This document shows positions 8,163-16,591 of a stretch of DNA of 23,768 bases, piece after piece. The DNA is from a virus (taxonomy: Duplodnaviria > Heunggongvirae > Uroviricota > Caudoviricetes). How positions within the stretch are numbered: the first letter of the stretch is position 1; each line of letters starts with the position of its first letter. The notes below the pieces were generated by a model. It ran no database searches and had not been told where the DNA came from. It saw nothing but the letters and a program-made list of their open reading frames with translations. Made by a program: the position numbers and the translations under genes. Location of the stretch: IMG/VR virus record IMGVR_UViG_2778261225_000015, one strand, 5' to 3'.

Positions 8163-8356
8163 AAATTCACGGTCTCCGATACCGGTGCGGTGTCAACTTC
8201 AGGCAGACTGACCGCCGTGCCATGTGGCAGGACGACGCCCAGCTCGGCGAGTCCCGGATTAGCCAGCAATACCGCCTCGACCACACCTTCAGTGCGCCCG
8301 TAATGGCGCTGACATAACGTGTCGAGCGTGTCGCCCTGATGCGCGAAGATGTTCAT
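8153..8356 (-). CDS. X: Tail protein X
   Basis: 67 aa, the same length and position as P2 gpX. Confidence 0.8.
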   Translation of the reverse strand: MNIFAHQGDTLDTLCQRHYGRTEGVVEAVLLANPGLAELGVVLPHGTAVSLPEVDTAPVSETVNLWD

Positions 8357-8856
8357 CAGATTTGCCCCACGATGCAGCGCGCTTTGTCCTGGATACGGGC
8401 AACCGACCAGCGCATGTCACGCCACATTTCATCGATGGTGTCATCGATGCTGTCGGCCTTTTTGTCACCTTTGGCGCTCGCATCAACGCCCCGGTAACGC
8501 TCGTACAGCGTCGCGGTCGTCATCGAGCAAACAGCGTTGAAGTAGTGAAAAACCCGCACACTTTCGCCGTCGAGTTCATCCGTCGGCACATCCTCAAGTC
8601 GCGCGTAACCGGCGGCGAGCTGAAGGTCGCGCCAGTCGGTTAACTCGGCGTTGGTCTCCGCCATCGCGGTTTTAATCGCCCGGCGCAGACGCACCGGCGT
8701 CACGGTCTGCTCGAGGCGCATTTCTTCGCGCATGCGCTTCGGATCAACATCCGGGAAAAAGGCCGTGTTTTTAATCACCGGCTCGTCAACCGGCACCGGC
8801 GGGATGACCATCGGGTCGCGCTGTTGCGCCGGGTTATTCATCACAATCATGGTCAT
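8356..8856 (-). CDS. L: Head completion/stabilisation protein L
   Basis: 166 aa, P2 gpL-like size and position downstream of M. Confidence 0.8.
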   Translation of the reverse strand: MTMIVMNNPAQQRDPMVIPPVPVDEPVIKNTAFFPDVDPKRMREEMRLEQTVTPVRLRRAIKTAMAETNAELTDWRDLQLAAGYARLEDVPTDELDGESVRVFHYFNAVCSMTTATLYERYRGVDASAKGDKKADSIDDTIDEMWRDMRWSVARIQDKARCIVGQI

Positions 8857-8953
8857 GAGTACCTCAGTAAATAGGTGGGCGGTGGACGCCGGTCGCAGTT
8901 ACGGTGAATCACCGACATTGACCAGCGTGCCGCCCGGCGCGGGGCGCGTTCTG

Positions 8954-9712
8954 TTAACCGGTGACTTTCTTCGGGCGTCCCCGCCCTCGTTTCACCGGTG
9001 AATCTTGTTTTTTCGCGGGTGCCTTTTTCGCGGCTTTCGGCGCCGTTTTTTTGACGACGACCGGTTTCGGGTTCAGCTCACGAGTGAGGGTCTCAATGTC
9101 CTTTCTTACCCCGGCGTTGGTGTCGAGCTGTAAGGCGCGTTGCAGGTGCGCCAGTGCATCAGGAAGCTGACCGGCATCACGCAGGGTCAGACCGGTGACC
9201 TTATGCAGTCGGGCGCGCACTTCGTCAGGCATATCGGCGGCATCGGTCAGCCCGATGACCTCGAGCAGTTGCGAAGCGTCGACCGGCTCACCGGCGATAC
9301 GGGCGCGGAGAGCCGCGAGCGCGACCTCTTCGGCCAGCATATAAGGCGCGGGGCGGGAATGATTTTCCGGCATAGACAGGTCAAAACGCAGGGCATAGCG
9401 CGCAATCTCGACAGCGCCGGTGATATCCCCCGCATCCAGACGCCAGAGCATCACCGTCATCAGAATGTCATCCTGTGCGCCGGTGCCGCTTTCCAGTACG
9501 CCAGCGACCCACGGCAGGTACAGCGGGAGTAATTCGCGTTTTTTATCCGCTTTGCGTTCTTTAGAACGAATCGCTGATAGCGTCCGGCGGTCTGCGGCCA
9601 GCTTGACGAGCATTTGCTCGTAAGGTGAGGCATGACGCAGCGGGGCATTGTCCCGCTGCGATGCCCTGACAGCCGAGACCCGCATCGCGTGACGCTGTGC
9701 GGGGGTTGCCAT
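8954..9712 (-). CDS. M: Terminase endonuclease (small) subunit M, with AT-hook-like basic C-terminal tail
   Basis: 252 aa, P2 gpM-like size and position; C-terminus KKTAPKAAKKAPAKKQDSPVKRGRGRPKKVTG. Confidence 0.8.
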   Translation of the reverse strand: MATPAQRHAMRVSAVRASQRDNAPLRHASPYEQMLVKLAADRRTLSAIRSKERKADKKRELLPLYLPWVAGVLESGTGAQDDILMTVMLWRLDAGDITGAVEIARYALRFDLSMPENHSRPAPYMLAEEVALAALRARIAGEPVDASQLLEVIGLTDAADMPDEVRARLHKVTGLTLRDAGQLPDALAHLQRALQLDTNAGVRKDIETLTRELNPKPVVVKKTAPKAAKKAPAKKQDSPVKRGRGRPKKVTG

Positions 9713-9715
9713 CGG

Positions 9716-10921
9716 TTACGCCTCCACGCCGTCAGTGGTGCCGGTTTCAGCCGGGGAAGTTTCGCCGTCAGCGACAGGCGCGCTGGCCGGAGCGGTGCCG
9801 GTCAGAGACTGCATTGCCTTGACCATCTCAGCAGCAAATACCGCCGCGCTGACCGGTTCGGTGGTGGCGGTTTCTTCCTGCTCGAGAATTTCGATATTCT
9901 CAATCAGGCAACCGGCCTCGTAGTCTTCGATAACAAAATCGACTTTTACCTGCTCGTAGTTCTCCACCTGATCCAGTTTCGGATTCTCGACGATGTGGCG
10001 GCGGTGGCCGTCTTCGTACAGATAGATTGAAATGTTATCCAGCGTGGTGATGAAAACGCTGTTTGCCGGGAAGAACGGCGCGCGCACCGCCTGAAGCTGA
10101 CCGATGGTTTTCTGGCTGATAATCAGCTCACCGGCGAGCTGTTCGCTGTTCGCCTGGAATTTGTTAATCATCGGGAAGTATTTGTCGGTCAGGATACGGC
10201 GACCACAGATAACGACCATTTCCGGGTTTTCACGGTGAATTTCCGCGACCAGCGACTCGAAAGCATCCATGACCATCGCGTCGAGGTTGGCGTAATGACC
10301 ACCCTTATCTTTTGAGCCGATTTTGATGGTGTCGGAAATCACTTTTCCGTCATCATCGGTAATGCAGGACATTACGCGCTCGGGCGCATCGTTGCGGTAT
10401 TTCTGCAACCAGCCGACAGCCACGTCCTGAAGCAGCGGATTCTGAGCACGGTCAGAAGTCGCCGCCCGGCTCACGCCGTTAAAGCCGATAGTGATGTAAT
10501 CCAGCGCCTGACGCTTGATGATGGCGTTACGGATTCGGATTTGGAAATCCTGAAAACGCGCCCACAGGTCGAGTTTGTTGTACTTCAGGTGATAGTCGAA
10601 GTTCACCGGGTGGCAGAAATAGCGATATGCATCGAGCTTCGCGAAATCAGCGGTTTTACGCTCGACACCTCCGTCGGTGTCAGCGGTGCTGGCAATGGAG
10701 CCGGTCACATCGATGCCGACTTTCTCTTCGGTCAGCTCGGAAACGGTCACCATGTTGATGAGCTTCAGGAAGCTGGACGACTGCTGAATTTTGTCAAACA
10801 GGGTCTGAGTGACCGACGGCTCGACAGTGAATTTTTTGTCGAGGTCGCTGGCCTCGATGCCGTTCAGTTCGGCGATACGGCTCAGATATTTATTGAATTG
10901 AAAACGGGTTTCTTTACGCAT
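9716..10921 (-). CDS. N: Major capsid protein N
   Basis: N-terminus MRKETRFQFNKYLSRIAELNGIEASDLDKKFTVEPSVTQTL closely resembles P2 gpN as recalled; AAGGA upstream of ATG 10921. Confidence 0.9.
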   Translation of the reverse strand: MRKETRFQFNKYLSRIAELNGIEASDLDKKFTVEPSVTQTLFDKIQQSSSFLKLINMVTVSELTEEKVGIDVTGSIASTADTDGGVERKTADFAKLDAYRYFCHPVNFDYHLKYNKLDLWARFQDFQIRIRNAIIKRQALDYITIGFNGVSRAATSDRAQNPLLQDVAVGWLQKYRNDAPERVMSCITDDDGKVISDTIKIGSKDKGGHYANLDAMVMDAFESLVAEIHRENPEMVVICGRRILTDKYFPMINKFQANSEQLAGELIISQKTIGQLQAVRAPFFPANSVFITTLDNISIYLYEDGHRRHIVENPKLDQVENYEQVKVDFVIEDYEAGCLIENIEILEQEETATTEPVSAAVFAAEMVKAMQSLTGTAPASAPVADGETSPAETGTTDGVEA

Positions 10922-10952
10922 GGGTTATGTGTTCCTTCGGGTTTATCAGGGG

Positions 10953-11816
10953 TTAGCAGTCGGTCAGCGTGGAGCCCGCCGAATCACCGTCGCCACCGGC
11001 GCTTAACTTGCGGCGCGGTTGCGTTTTGTCTTCGGTGTTTTCCAGCGTGTTTTTGATGGTGCTGAATTGCTGCGTGGTGGCTGCGGCCTGTTCGTTCAGC
11101 GCTTTTTTGACGGTAGCGACATCACTTTCAAGCTGGCTGAAACGCACCTCAGCGCTTTCGCCGCCGGTCTGCACCTGCACGGCGATGGCGGTCACGGCTT
11201 CGTGCACGTCACCGAATCGCGCATCGTCGTCAGCCTGTTTACGGCTGAAGATGCCTTTCACGGTGTCGCTGATTTTGGTCAGCAGGTTGTCGGGCAGGTC
11301 TTCGAATTCCAGCTCGGCAAGGGTTGCCACTGAGAACAGGTCGCCCGGCTGGTCTTTCTTACCGGCCAGTGGGTTTTGTTGTACGCGGGAGCAGAATTGC
11401 AGGTATTCGGTACCGAGGCTTGCCGGGTCATCGGTTACCGCCAGCCCGATGAGGTGACATTTGCCGGTATTGGCAAAGTTCGGGCGAATTTCCATCGAGG
11501 TGTAAACCTTCTGGCCTTTCGCCAGCATCGCGAGCAGGTTGTCGAGCGGGGCAATTTTGCCGAACAGCGCCAGCTTGCCGTTGAGTGCCGAGTCGTCGTC
11601 GATCACTTGCGCTTTCACTTCCGTGACATCGCCATAGCGGCAAAACGGGCTGTCGGGAATAACGCTGCGGATATGCTCGAGGTTAATGCGACAGCCGTAG
11701 ACGCGCGGGTCAAAGCCGTCGGCCATGTCCTGAATATCGGTCGCACTGATGACGCGACCGTCGCAGGTGTCACCCTCGACGCCGATGCGAAACCATTTCG
11801 AATTTTTTTTAGCCAT
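10953..11816 (-). CDS. O: Capsid scaffolding protein O
   Basis: 287 aa, P2 gpO-like (MAKKNSKWFRIGVEGDT...); first gene of the minus-strand late operon, divergent from P. Confidence 0.85.
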   Translation of the reverse strand: MAKKNSKWFRIGVEGDTCDGRVISATDIQDMADGFDPRVYGCRINLEHIRSVIPDSPFCRYGDVTEVKAQVIDDDSALNGKLALFGKIAPLDNLLAMLAKGQKVYTSMEIRPNFANTGKCHLIGLAVTDDPASLGTEYLQFCSRVQQNPLAGKKDQPGDLFSVATLAELEFEDLPDNLLTKISDTVKGIFSRKQADDDARFGDVHEAVTAIAVQVQTGGESAEVRFSQLESDVATVKKALNEQAAATTQQFSTIKNTLENTEDKTQPRRKLSAGGDGDSAGSTLTDC

Positions 11817-11980
11817 GAGTCAGGTGTCCTGAGTTGGGTTATCGGGTCGGTTGTAGTTTCCCGACTCAGCCGCTCACCAGCCACCGGTTACAGAAGTGCA
11901 ACCCCTGACACAACAGGGGGTTAGCGATTCATCCCCCCTGAATCTTTAGCCTTGCCGTGTACTCATCACGGCGAGGTTTT
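11817..11980. promoter_or_regulatory. Divergent late-promoter region between scaffold O and terminase P
   Basis: 164-bp non-coding gap between divergently oriented late operons, as in P2; no exact TGT-N12-ACA activator site could be found by eye, so promoter positions are not assigned. Confidence 0.4.
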
Positions 11981-13750
11981 ATGACCACTACAACCGACAC
12001 ATCACTACTCAACGATCCGCGACGACAGGCCGCGCTTTTGTTCTGGCAGGGCTATTCCGTGCCACAAATCGCGGAACAGTTGCAGGTCAAGCGCCCCACG
12101 GTGCAGAGCTGGAAGCAGCGCGATAAATGGGAAAAAACCGCACCGTTAAACCGGGTCGAGTTCACGCTCGAGGCTCGGCTGATTCAGCTCTATGCAAAGC
12201 CTGACCTGACGGCTCATGACTTTAAGGTCGCGGATTTTCTGGCGCGCCAGATGGAACGCCTCGCGCGGGTCAGTCGTTACGGTCAGACAGGTAACGCAGC
12301 GGATTTAAACCCGAACGTGGCCAACCGCAACAAAGGGGAAAAGAAGAAGCCGAAAAAGAACTTTTTCAGCGAAGAGGCTATCGACAAGCTCGAAGAGATT
12401 TTCCTCGACCAGTCTTTCGACTATCAGCTCGAGTGGTGGCGCGCGGGGCTGGCGCACCGTATCAGGCACATCCTGAAATCACGACAGATTGGAGCGACAT
12501 TCTACTTTGCGCGAGAGGCGCTGTTACAGGCGCTGAAGACCGGCCACAACCAGATATTTTTATCGGCCAGTAAGACACAGGCCTATGTATTTCGAAAATA
12601 CATCATCGCCTTTGCCCGACTGGCTGGCGTCGAGCTCACCGGCGACCCGATTGTGCTCGGCAACAATGGCGCGGAGCTGATGTTTCTCGGCACCAATGCC
12701 AACACGGCGCAGAGCCACAACGGCGACCTGTATGTCGATGAAATTTTCTGGATCCCCAACTTCCAGAAGCTGAAGCGCGTTGCCGGTGGCATGTCTTCAC
12801 AGGAGCATTTGCGCACGACCTATTTTTCGACCCCCTCATCGCTGGCGCACGGTGCCTATCCGTTCTGGTCGGGTGAGCAGTTCAACAAGGGACGCTCAGA
12901 CAAGAGCGAGCGCGTCGATATCGATATCAGTCACGCAGCACTCGCGAAGGGTGTCGCTTGCCCGGACGGCCAGTGGCGGCAGATTGTCACCATCGAGGAC
13001 GCACTCGCTAAAGGGTGCACACTGTTTAACATCGACACGCTGAAGCGCGAGAACAGCGTCGATGAGTTCCGTAATCTGTTTATGTGCGAGTTCGTCGACG
13101 ATAAAGCGTCGGTATTCCCGTTCGAAGAGCTGCAACGCTGCATGGTCGACAGCCTCGAGAAATGGGAGGACTACACGCCATTTGCCGACCGGCCTTTCGG
13201 TCACCGCCCGGTGTGGATTGGTTACGACCCGTCATTACGCGGCGACAGCGCCGGGTGCGTCGTCATCGCGCCGCCAGTCGTCGCCGGTGGACGATTCCGA
13301 ATCCTCGAGCGCCATCAGTGGAAAGGGATGGATTTTGCTCAACAGGCCGAATCCATTCGCGAGCTCACGCAGAAATATACCGTCGAATACATCGGCATCG
13401 ATGCGACCGGGCTCGGACAGGGCGTTTTCCAGTTAGTGCGCTCATTCTACCCGGCAGCGCGTGAAATCCGCTACACGCCGGAAATGAAAACCGCAATGGT
13501 GCTGAAAGCCAAAGACACCATTCGCCGCGGTTGCCTCGAGTACGACGTCAGCGCGACCGATATCACGCAGTCGTTTATGTCTATCCGCAAAACCATGACC
13601 AGCAGCGGGCGCAGCTCGACCTATGAGGCCAGCCGCACCGAGGAAGCCAGTCACGCCGATCTCGCGTGGGCAACCATGCACGTATTAATCAATGAGCCGC
13701 TGACCGCCGCGACCGGCGAACAGTCATCCAGTATTATGGAGTGGAACTAA
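11981..13750 (+). CDS. P: Terminase ATPase (large) subunit P
   Basis: Start taken at ATG 11981 with GAGG 4 nt upstream (the ORF-track start 11957 is a GTG); P2 gpP-like over its whole length; stop TAA overlaps the Q start (TAATG). Confidence 0.9.
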   Translation: MTTTTDTSLLNDPRRQAALLFWQGYSVPQIAEQLQVKRPTVQSWKQRDKWEKTAPLNRVEFTLEARLIQLYAKPDLTAHDFKVADFLARQMERLARVSRYGQTGNAADLNPNVANRNKGEKKKPKKNFFSEEAIDKLEEIFLDQSFDYQLEWWRAGLAHRIRHILKSRQIGATFYFAREALLQALKTGHNQIFLSASKTQAYVFRKYIIAFARLAGVELTGDPIVLGNNGAELMFLGTNANTAQSHNGDLYVDEIFWIPNFQKLKRVAGGMSSQEHLRTTYFSTPSSLAHGAYPFWSGEQFNKGRSDKSERVDIDISHAALAKGVACPDGQWRQIVTIEDALAKGCTLFNIDTLKRENSVDEFRNLFMCEFVDDKASVFPFEELQRCMVDSLEKWEDYTPFADRPFGHRPVWIGYDPSLRGDSAGCVVIAPPVVAGGRFRILERHQWKGMDFAQQAESIRELTQKYTVEYIGIDATGLGQGVFQLVRSFYPAAREIRYTPEMKTAMVLKAKDTIRRGCLEYDVSATDITQSFMSIRKTMTSSGRSSTYEASRTEEASHADLAWATMHVLINEPLTAATGEQSSSIMEWN

Positions 13751-14778
13751 TGAGCAAGAATCGCAACAACAAGCGACAGCAGCCGCGCCCCCAAAGTCAC
13801 ACCGCCGCATCGGCACAGAGCATGGAGGCATTCACCTTTGGCGAGCCGACGCCGGTACTCGATCGCCGCGACATTCTCGATTATGTGGAGTGCATCGACA
13901 ACGGCCAATGGTATGAGCCGCCGGTGAGCTTCTCCGGGCTGGCGAAGAGCATGCGCGCCGCCGTTCATCACAGCTCACCGATTTACGTGAAGCGTAATAT
14001 TCTGGTGTCGACCTACATCCCGCACCCGCTGTTATCGCGTCAGGATTTCAGCCGGTTCGTGCTCGATTATCTGGTATTTGGCAACGCCTTTCTCGAAGAG
14101 CGTCGCGGTCTGACTGGCAAGCCGCTAAAGCTGGAGACCTCACCGGCCAAATATACCCGTCGTGGCGTTGATGATGACGTGTACTGGTATATCCAGTCCT
14201 ACACGCAACCGCACCAGTTTTCGCCCGGTTCCGTCTTCCACCTGCTTGAGCCTGATATTAATCAGGAGCTGTACGGGATGCCGGAATACCTGAGCGCACT
14301 CAATTCAGCCTGGCTGAATGAGTCAGCGACACTGTTTCGTCGCAAGTATTACCAGAACGGCGCGCACGCAGGGTACATCATGTATGTGACCGATGCCGCT
14401 CAGAACAGCACTGACGTCGAAGCGTTGCGAAAGGCGATGCGCGACTCGAAAGGGCTCGGCAATTTTAAGAATCTGTTTTTCTACGCACCGCACGGTAAAC
14501 CGGATGGGATTAAAATTGTGCCGCTGAGCGAAGTCGCGACGAAGGATGATTTTTTTAATATCAAGAAAGTCAGCGCCGCTGACCTGCTCGACGCGCACCG
14601 CATCCCGTTCCAGTTGATGGGCGGCAAGCCTGAGAACGTCGGCTCAGTGGGCGATATTGAGAAAGTGGCAAAAGTATTTGTTCGCAATGAATTAACTCCA
14701 TTGCAAGATAGGATTCGTGAATTAAATCATTGGTTTGGTGATAATTTAATTAAGTTCAAGCCGTATACCTTTGATTAA
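13750..14778 (+). CDS. Q: Portal (capsid portal vertex) protein Q
   Basis: P2 gpQ-like, about 343 aa from ATG 13750 (MSKNRNNKRQQ...), GGAG upstream; the GTG at 13741 is an alternative start. Confidence 0.9.
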   Translation: MSKNRNNKRQQPRPQSHTAASAQSMEAFTFGEPTPVLDRRDILDYVECIDNGQWYEPPVSFSGLAKSMRAAVHHSSPIYVKRNILVSTYIPHPLLSRQDFSRFVLDYLVFGNAFLEERRGLTGKPLKLETSPAKYTRRGVDDDVYWYIQSYTQPHQFSPGSVFHLLEPDINQELYGMPEYLSALNSAWLNESATLFRRKYYQNGAHAGYIMYVTDAAQNSTDVEALRKAMRDSKGLGNFKNLFFYAPHGKPDGIKIVPLSEVATKDDFFNIKKVSAADLLDAHRIPFQLMGGKPENVGSVGDIEKVAKVFVRNELTPLQDRIRELNHWFGDNLIKFKPYTFD

Positions 14779-14794
14779 GTATGAATGCAAAAAA

Positions 14795-14824
14795 TCCAGA
14801 GTCCATTATAATAATGACTCTGGA
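14795..14824. terminator. Hairpin between convergent portal gene and cargo operon; likely rho-independent terminator for the minus-strand operon, possibly bidirectional
   Basis: Perfect 9-bp stem TCCAGAGTC / GACTCTGGA (14795..14803 and 14816..14824) with a 12-nt AT-rich loop; on the minus strand it is followed directly by a T6 run (complement of AAAAAA 14789..14794). Confidence 0.5.
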
Positions 14825-14834
14825 TGAAAATGTT

Positions 14835-15521
14835 TTATTGCTTATCTTGTGGTGGTGGAACCTCTTTTTCTAAATTATCTACATACTCTCTAATATTGAA
14901 TGCTTTGTTTTTCCTTATTTCGGTAGTGTTAACCTTACTAACACCATCACGAATGTTTTTATTTATGGTGTCTATTAATTTTTGTCTTTCTTGTTCTGTT
15001 TTTATTATTTCACTTAAGAATGACTTTGCGTTTCTTGAAATGTCCGTCTGTCTATTAATGAATAGTATCGCATACACTGAAAAAACCAAGCAAGTAGTCG
15101 TTAGTGCGGAATTAAAAAATACCCCATAATAAACATTAACTTTTGTTATTGACGCTGATAACGTTAGTGATATCAAAAAAAACAAAATCAGGGTAAAAAT
15201 ATATGCAATGGTTACTTTGTTTTTAGTGGTGTCAAGAATGTATGAAGTTCTTTGATCATCAAAGTAATCCTTTATCCTTGATGGAGTGTTTGCGGGGAGT
15301 TCTAACTCCTTTATTTTATCATCAGCATCAATTAGTCGCTTAAACATGAGGCTAATGATTACGGCGCTAAAGACAGAGATCCCCTTTGAAATTATAGGAT
15401 CGAAATCAATTAAAAATGAGTATTTTGAATAAACAAAAACAATAACAAAACCACATATAAGCCCAATTACAATTGAGCTTGCTATGTTTTTTGCATATGT
15501 TTGTAACGTATTGTTTATCAT
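14835..15521 (-). CDS. Integral membrane protein, 228 aa, four predicted TM helices (2 + loop + 2) with cytoplasmic charged tail; second gene of a two-gene cargo operon
   Basis: Hydrophobic segments near residues 13-31, 47-60, 114-135 and 141-165; ATGA start/stop overlap with the upstream gene; AT-rich. Confidence 0.7.
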   Translation of the reverse strand: MINNTLQTYAKNIASSIVIGLICGFVIVFVYSKYSFLIDFDPIISKGISVFSAVIISLMFKRLIDADDKIKELELPANTPSRIKDYFDDQRTSYILDTTKNKVTIAYIFTLILFFLISLTLSASITKVNVYYGVFFNSALTTTCLVFSVYAILFINRQTDISRNAKSFLSEIIKTEQERQKLIDTINKNIRDGVSKVNTTEIRKNKAFNIREYVDNLEKEVPPPQDKQ

Positions 15522-16501
15522 GGGTTAATTACTCCGGTGTCTAGTAAGCGCAATAACCATGAAATCATTTCTTCAGCAACGTTGTCAGCAATTAGCATTC
15601 CATTGCTGTATTCAATATTAACTGAATCCTTTAGTTGAATCTCATCATTCCTGAGTATTCCTGCACCTTTTAACTCAATTGTTAAGCTTTCATCTCTATT
15701 ATCAACCAAGCCTTGTGTAATTTTACGCAACATGTCTTGCTCAGACTCGCTTGCTTTATATTTATACCCAATGGAAATATCAATTGATAGAGATTCCCTG
15801 TCAGGTGAACCATCATTTAAAATGGTATTTTTCTTCATTTCATTAATTCGATGTTCACCTACGAGCGTTTTTAATAGCTCACTAGCTGTATCATCAATAT
15901 TATTTCCATAGTAGGTTAAAGGCAGCTTTAAGCTAACATTTTTTACTATGTTACGTTTTAAAAAATCCGTATTTAGAGACAGGTTGTTTGCCTGTAAAAC
16001 GATGAAGTTATCATCAGTAATAGATAGGTTGTCTTGTAGTATGAAATTTATATAATTTTCAATATCTTTTATTCTAATAGATCTGCTTTGCAGAATTATG
16101 AAGTGGTTCTTAATCACACCAATGTATGCAATGCTTTCTAAATACTCTCTAGCATTCCCACTTGATAAATTTAATGTCTCGTATGTTAAAGCTGTTTTAG
16201 CATAATCGCTAACAGAGAAAACAGGAATGCTACTACCCGGTTCAATATAGACAATTTCCGCAAAAAACATTCCATGAATTTCTTTGCTATTTGAAAGAAC
16301 CATGTGGGCGTGAGCAGCGACATTACCATTATTATCTGGAACATCAGGGAAGAATAATCTATCAGCAACATTTGGAACCTTGATTTTCACAAGGTTTGCC
16401 AACCTATCTTGCAGGTTTGATGTTAAAAGAGCATCCTTTTTAGGAAGCATTATTGCATGGCGATAATGCAGCATTTTACTCTTATAATCTTGCGTTGCCA
16501 T
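15518..16501 (-). CDS. Uncharacterised soluble protein, 327 aa; first gene of a two-gene cargo operon at the portal/cos hotspot
   Basis: ATG 16501 preceded by AGAGGGA; no Walker A, HxH or GxSxG motif seen by eye; AT-rich codon usage unlike the phage backbone. Confidence 0.75.
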   Translation of the reverse strand: MATQDYKSKMLHYRHAIMLPKKDALLTSNLQDRLANLVKIKVPNVADRLFFPDVPDNNGNVAAHAHMVLSNSKEIHGMFFAEIVYIEPGSSIPVFSVSDYAKTALTYETLNLSSGNAREYLESIAYIGVIKNHFIILQSRSIRIKDIENYINFILQDNLSITDDNFIVLQANNLSLNTDFLKRNIVKNVSLKLPLTYYGNNIDDTASELLKTLVGEHRINEMKKNTILNDGSPDRESLSIDISIGYKYKASESEQDMLRKITQGLVDNRDESLTIELKGAGILRNDEIQLKDSVNIEYSNGMLIADNVAEEMISWLLRLLDTGVINP

Positions 16502-16572
16502 AGAATCCCTCTTGCTATGAATATGTTATACACGGAGCGAAGCAATTATGTATTGTATTGCTCTGGCGCGCA

Positions 16573-16591
16573 ATGCTATCCCCGCCACGCC
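16573..16591. other. Putative cos site (19-nt cohesive-end sequence of a 186-like phage)
   Basis: ATGCTATCCCCGCCACGCC; its reverse complement GGCGTGGCGGGGATAGCAT differs at one position from the phage 186 cohesive end as I recall it (GGCGTGGCGGGGAAAGCAT; P2 is GGCGAGGCGGGGAAAGCAC). Confidence 0.55.

Noticed and set aside
11957-11980. GTG start at 11957 for terminase P, as given in the ORF track.
   Set aside because: The ATG at 11981 has a Shine-Dalgarno (GAGG) at proper spacing and the N-terminus MTTTTDTSLLNDPRR fits gpP; the GTG has no RBS.
11817-11980. Search for the P2 late-promoter activator site (TGT-N12-ACA) in the O/P divergent region, and in the 76-bp gap upstream of V (4546..4621).
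   Set aside because: No exact TGT-N12-ACA was found by eye (closest are TGT-N12-CAG at 11852..11869 and TGT-N12-GAG at 11958..11975), so no late-promoter coordinates are claimed; the 186-type activator site may differ.
6072-14687. Shadow ORFs overlapping S, R, lysis, head and terminase genes (for example 6072..6497, 6436..6717, 6758..7186, 8349..9001, 9140..10030, 10541..11457, 11376..11924, 12583..13681, 14323..14687).
   Set aside because: Same reasoning: antisense or alternative-frame ORFs inside conserved P2-family genes; the real genes account for the coding capacity.
14835-16501. Identity of the two-gene cargo operon with the P2 old or tin genes that occupy the equivalent hotspot.
   Set aside because: Old is a roughly 590-aa ATPase/nuclease and Tin a soluble protein; neither matches a 327-aa motif-less protein paired with a four-TM protein, so the operon is treated as a distinct, unassigned system.
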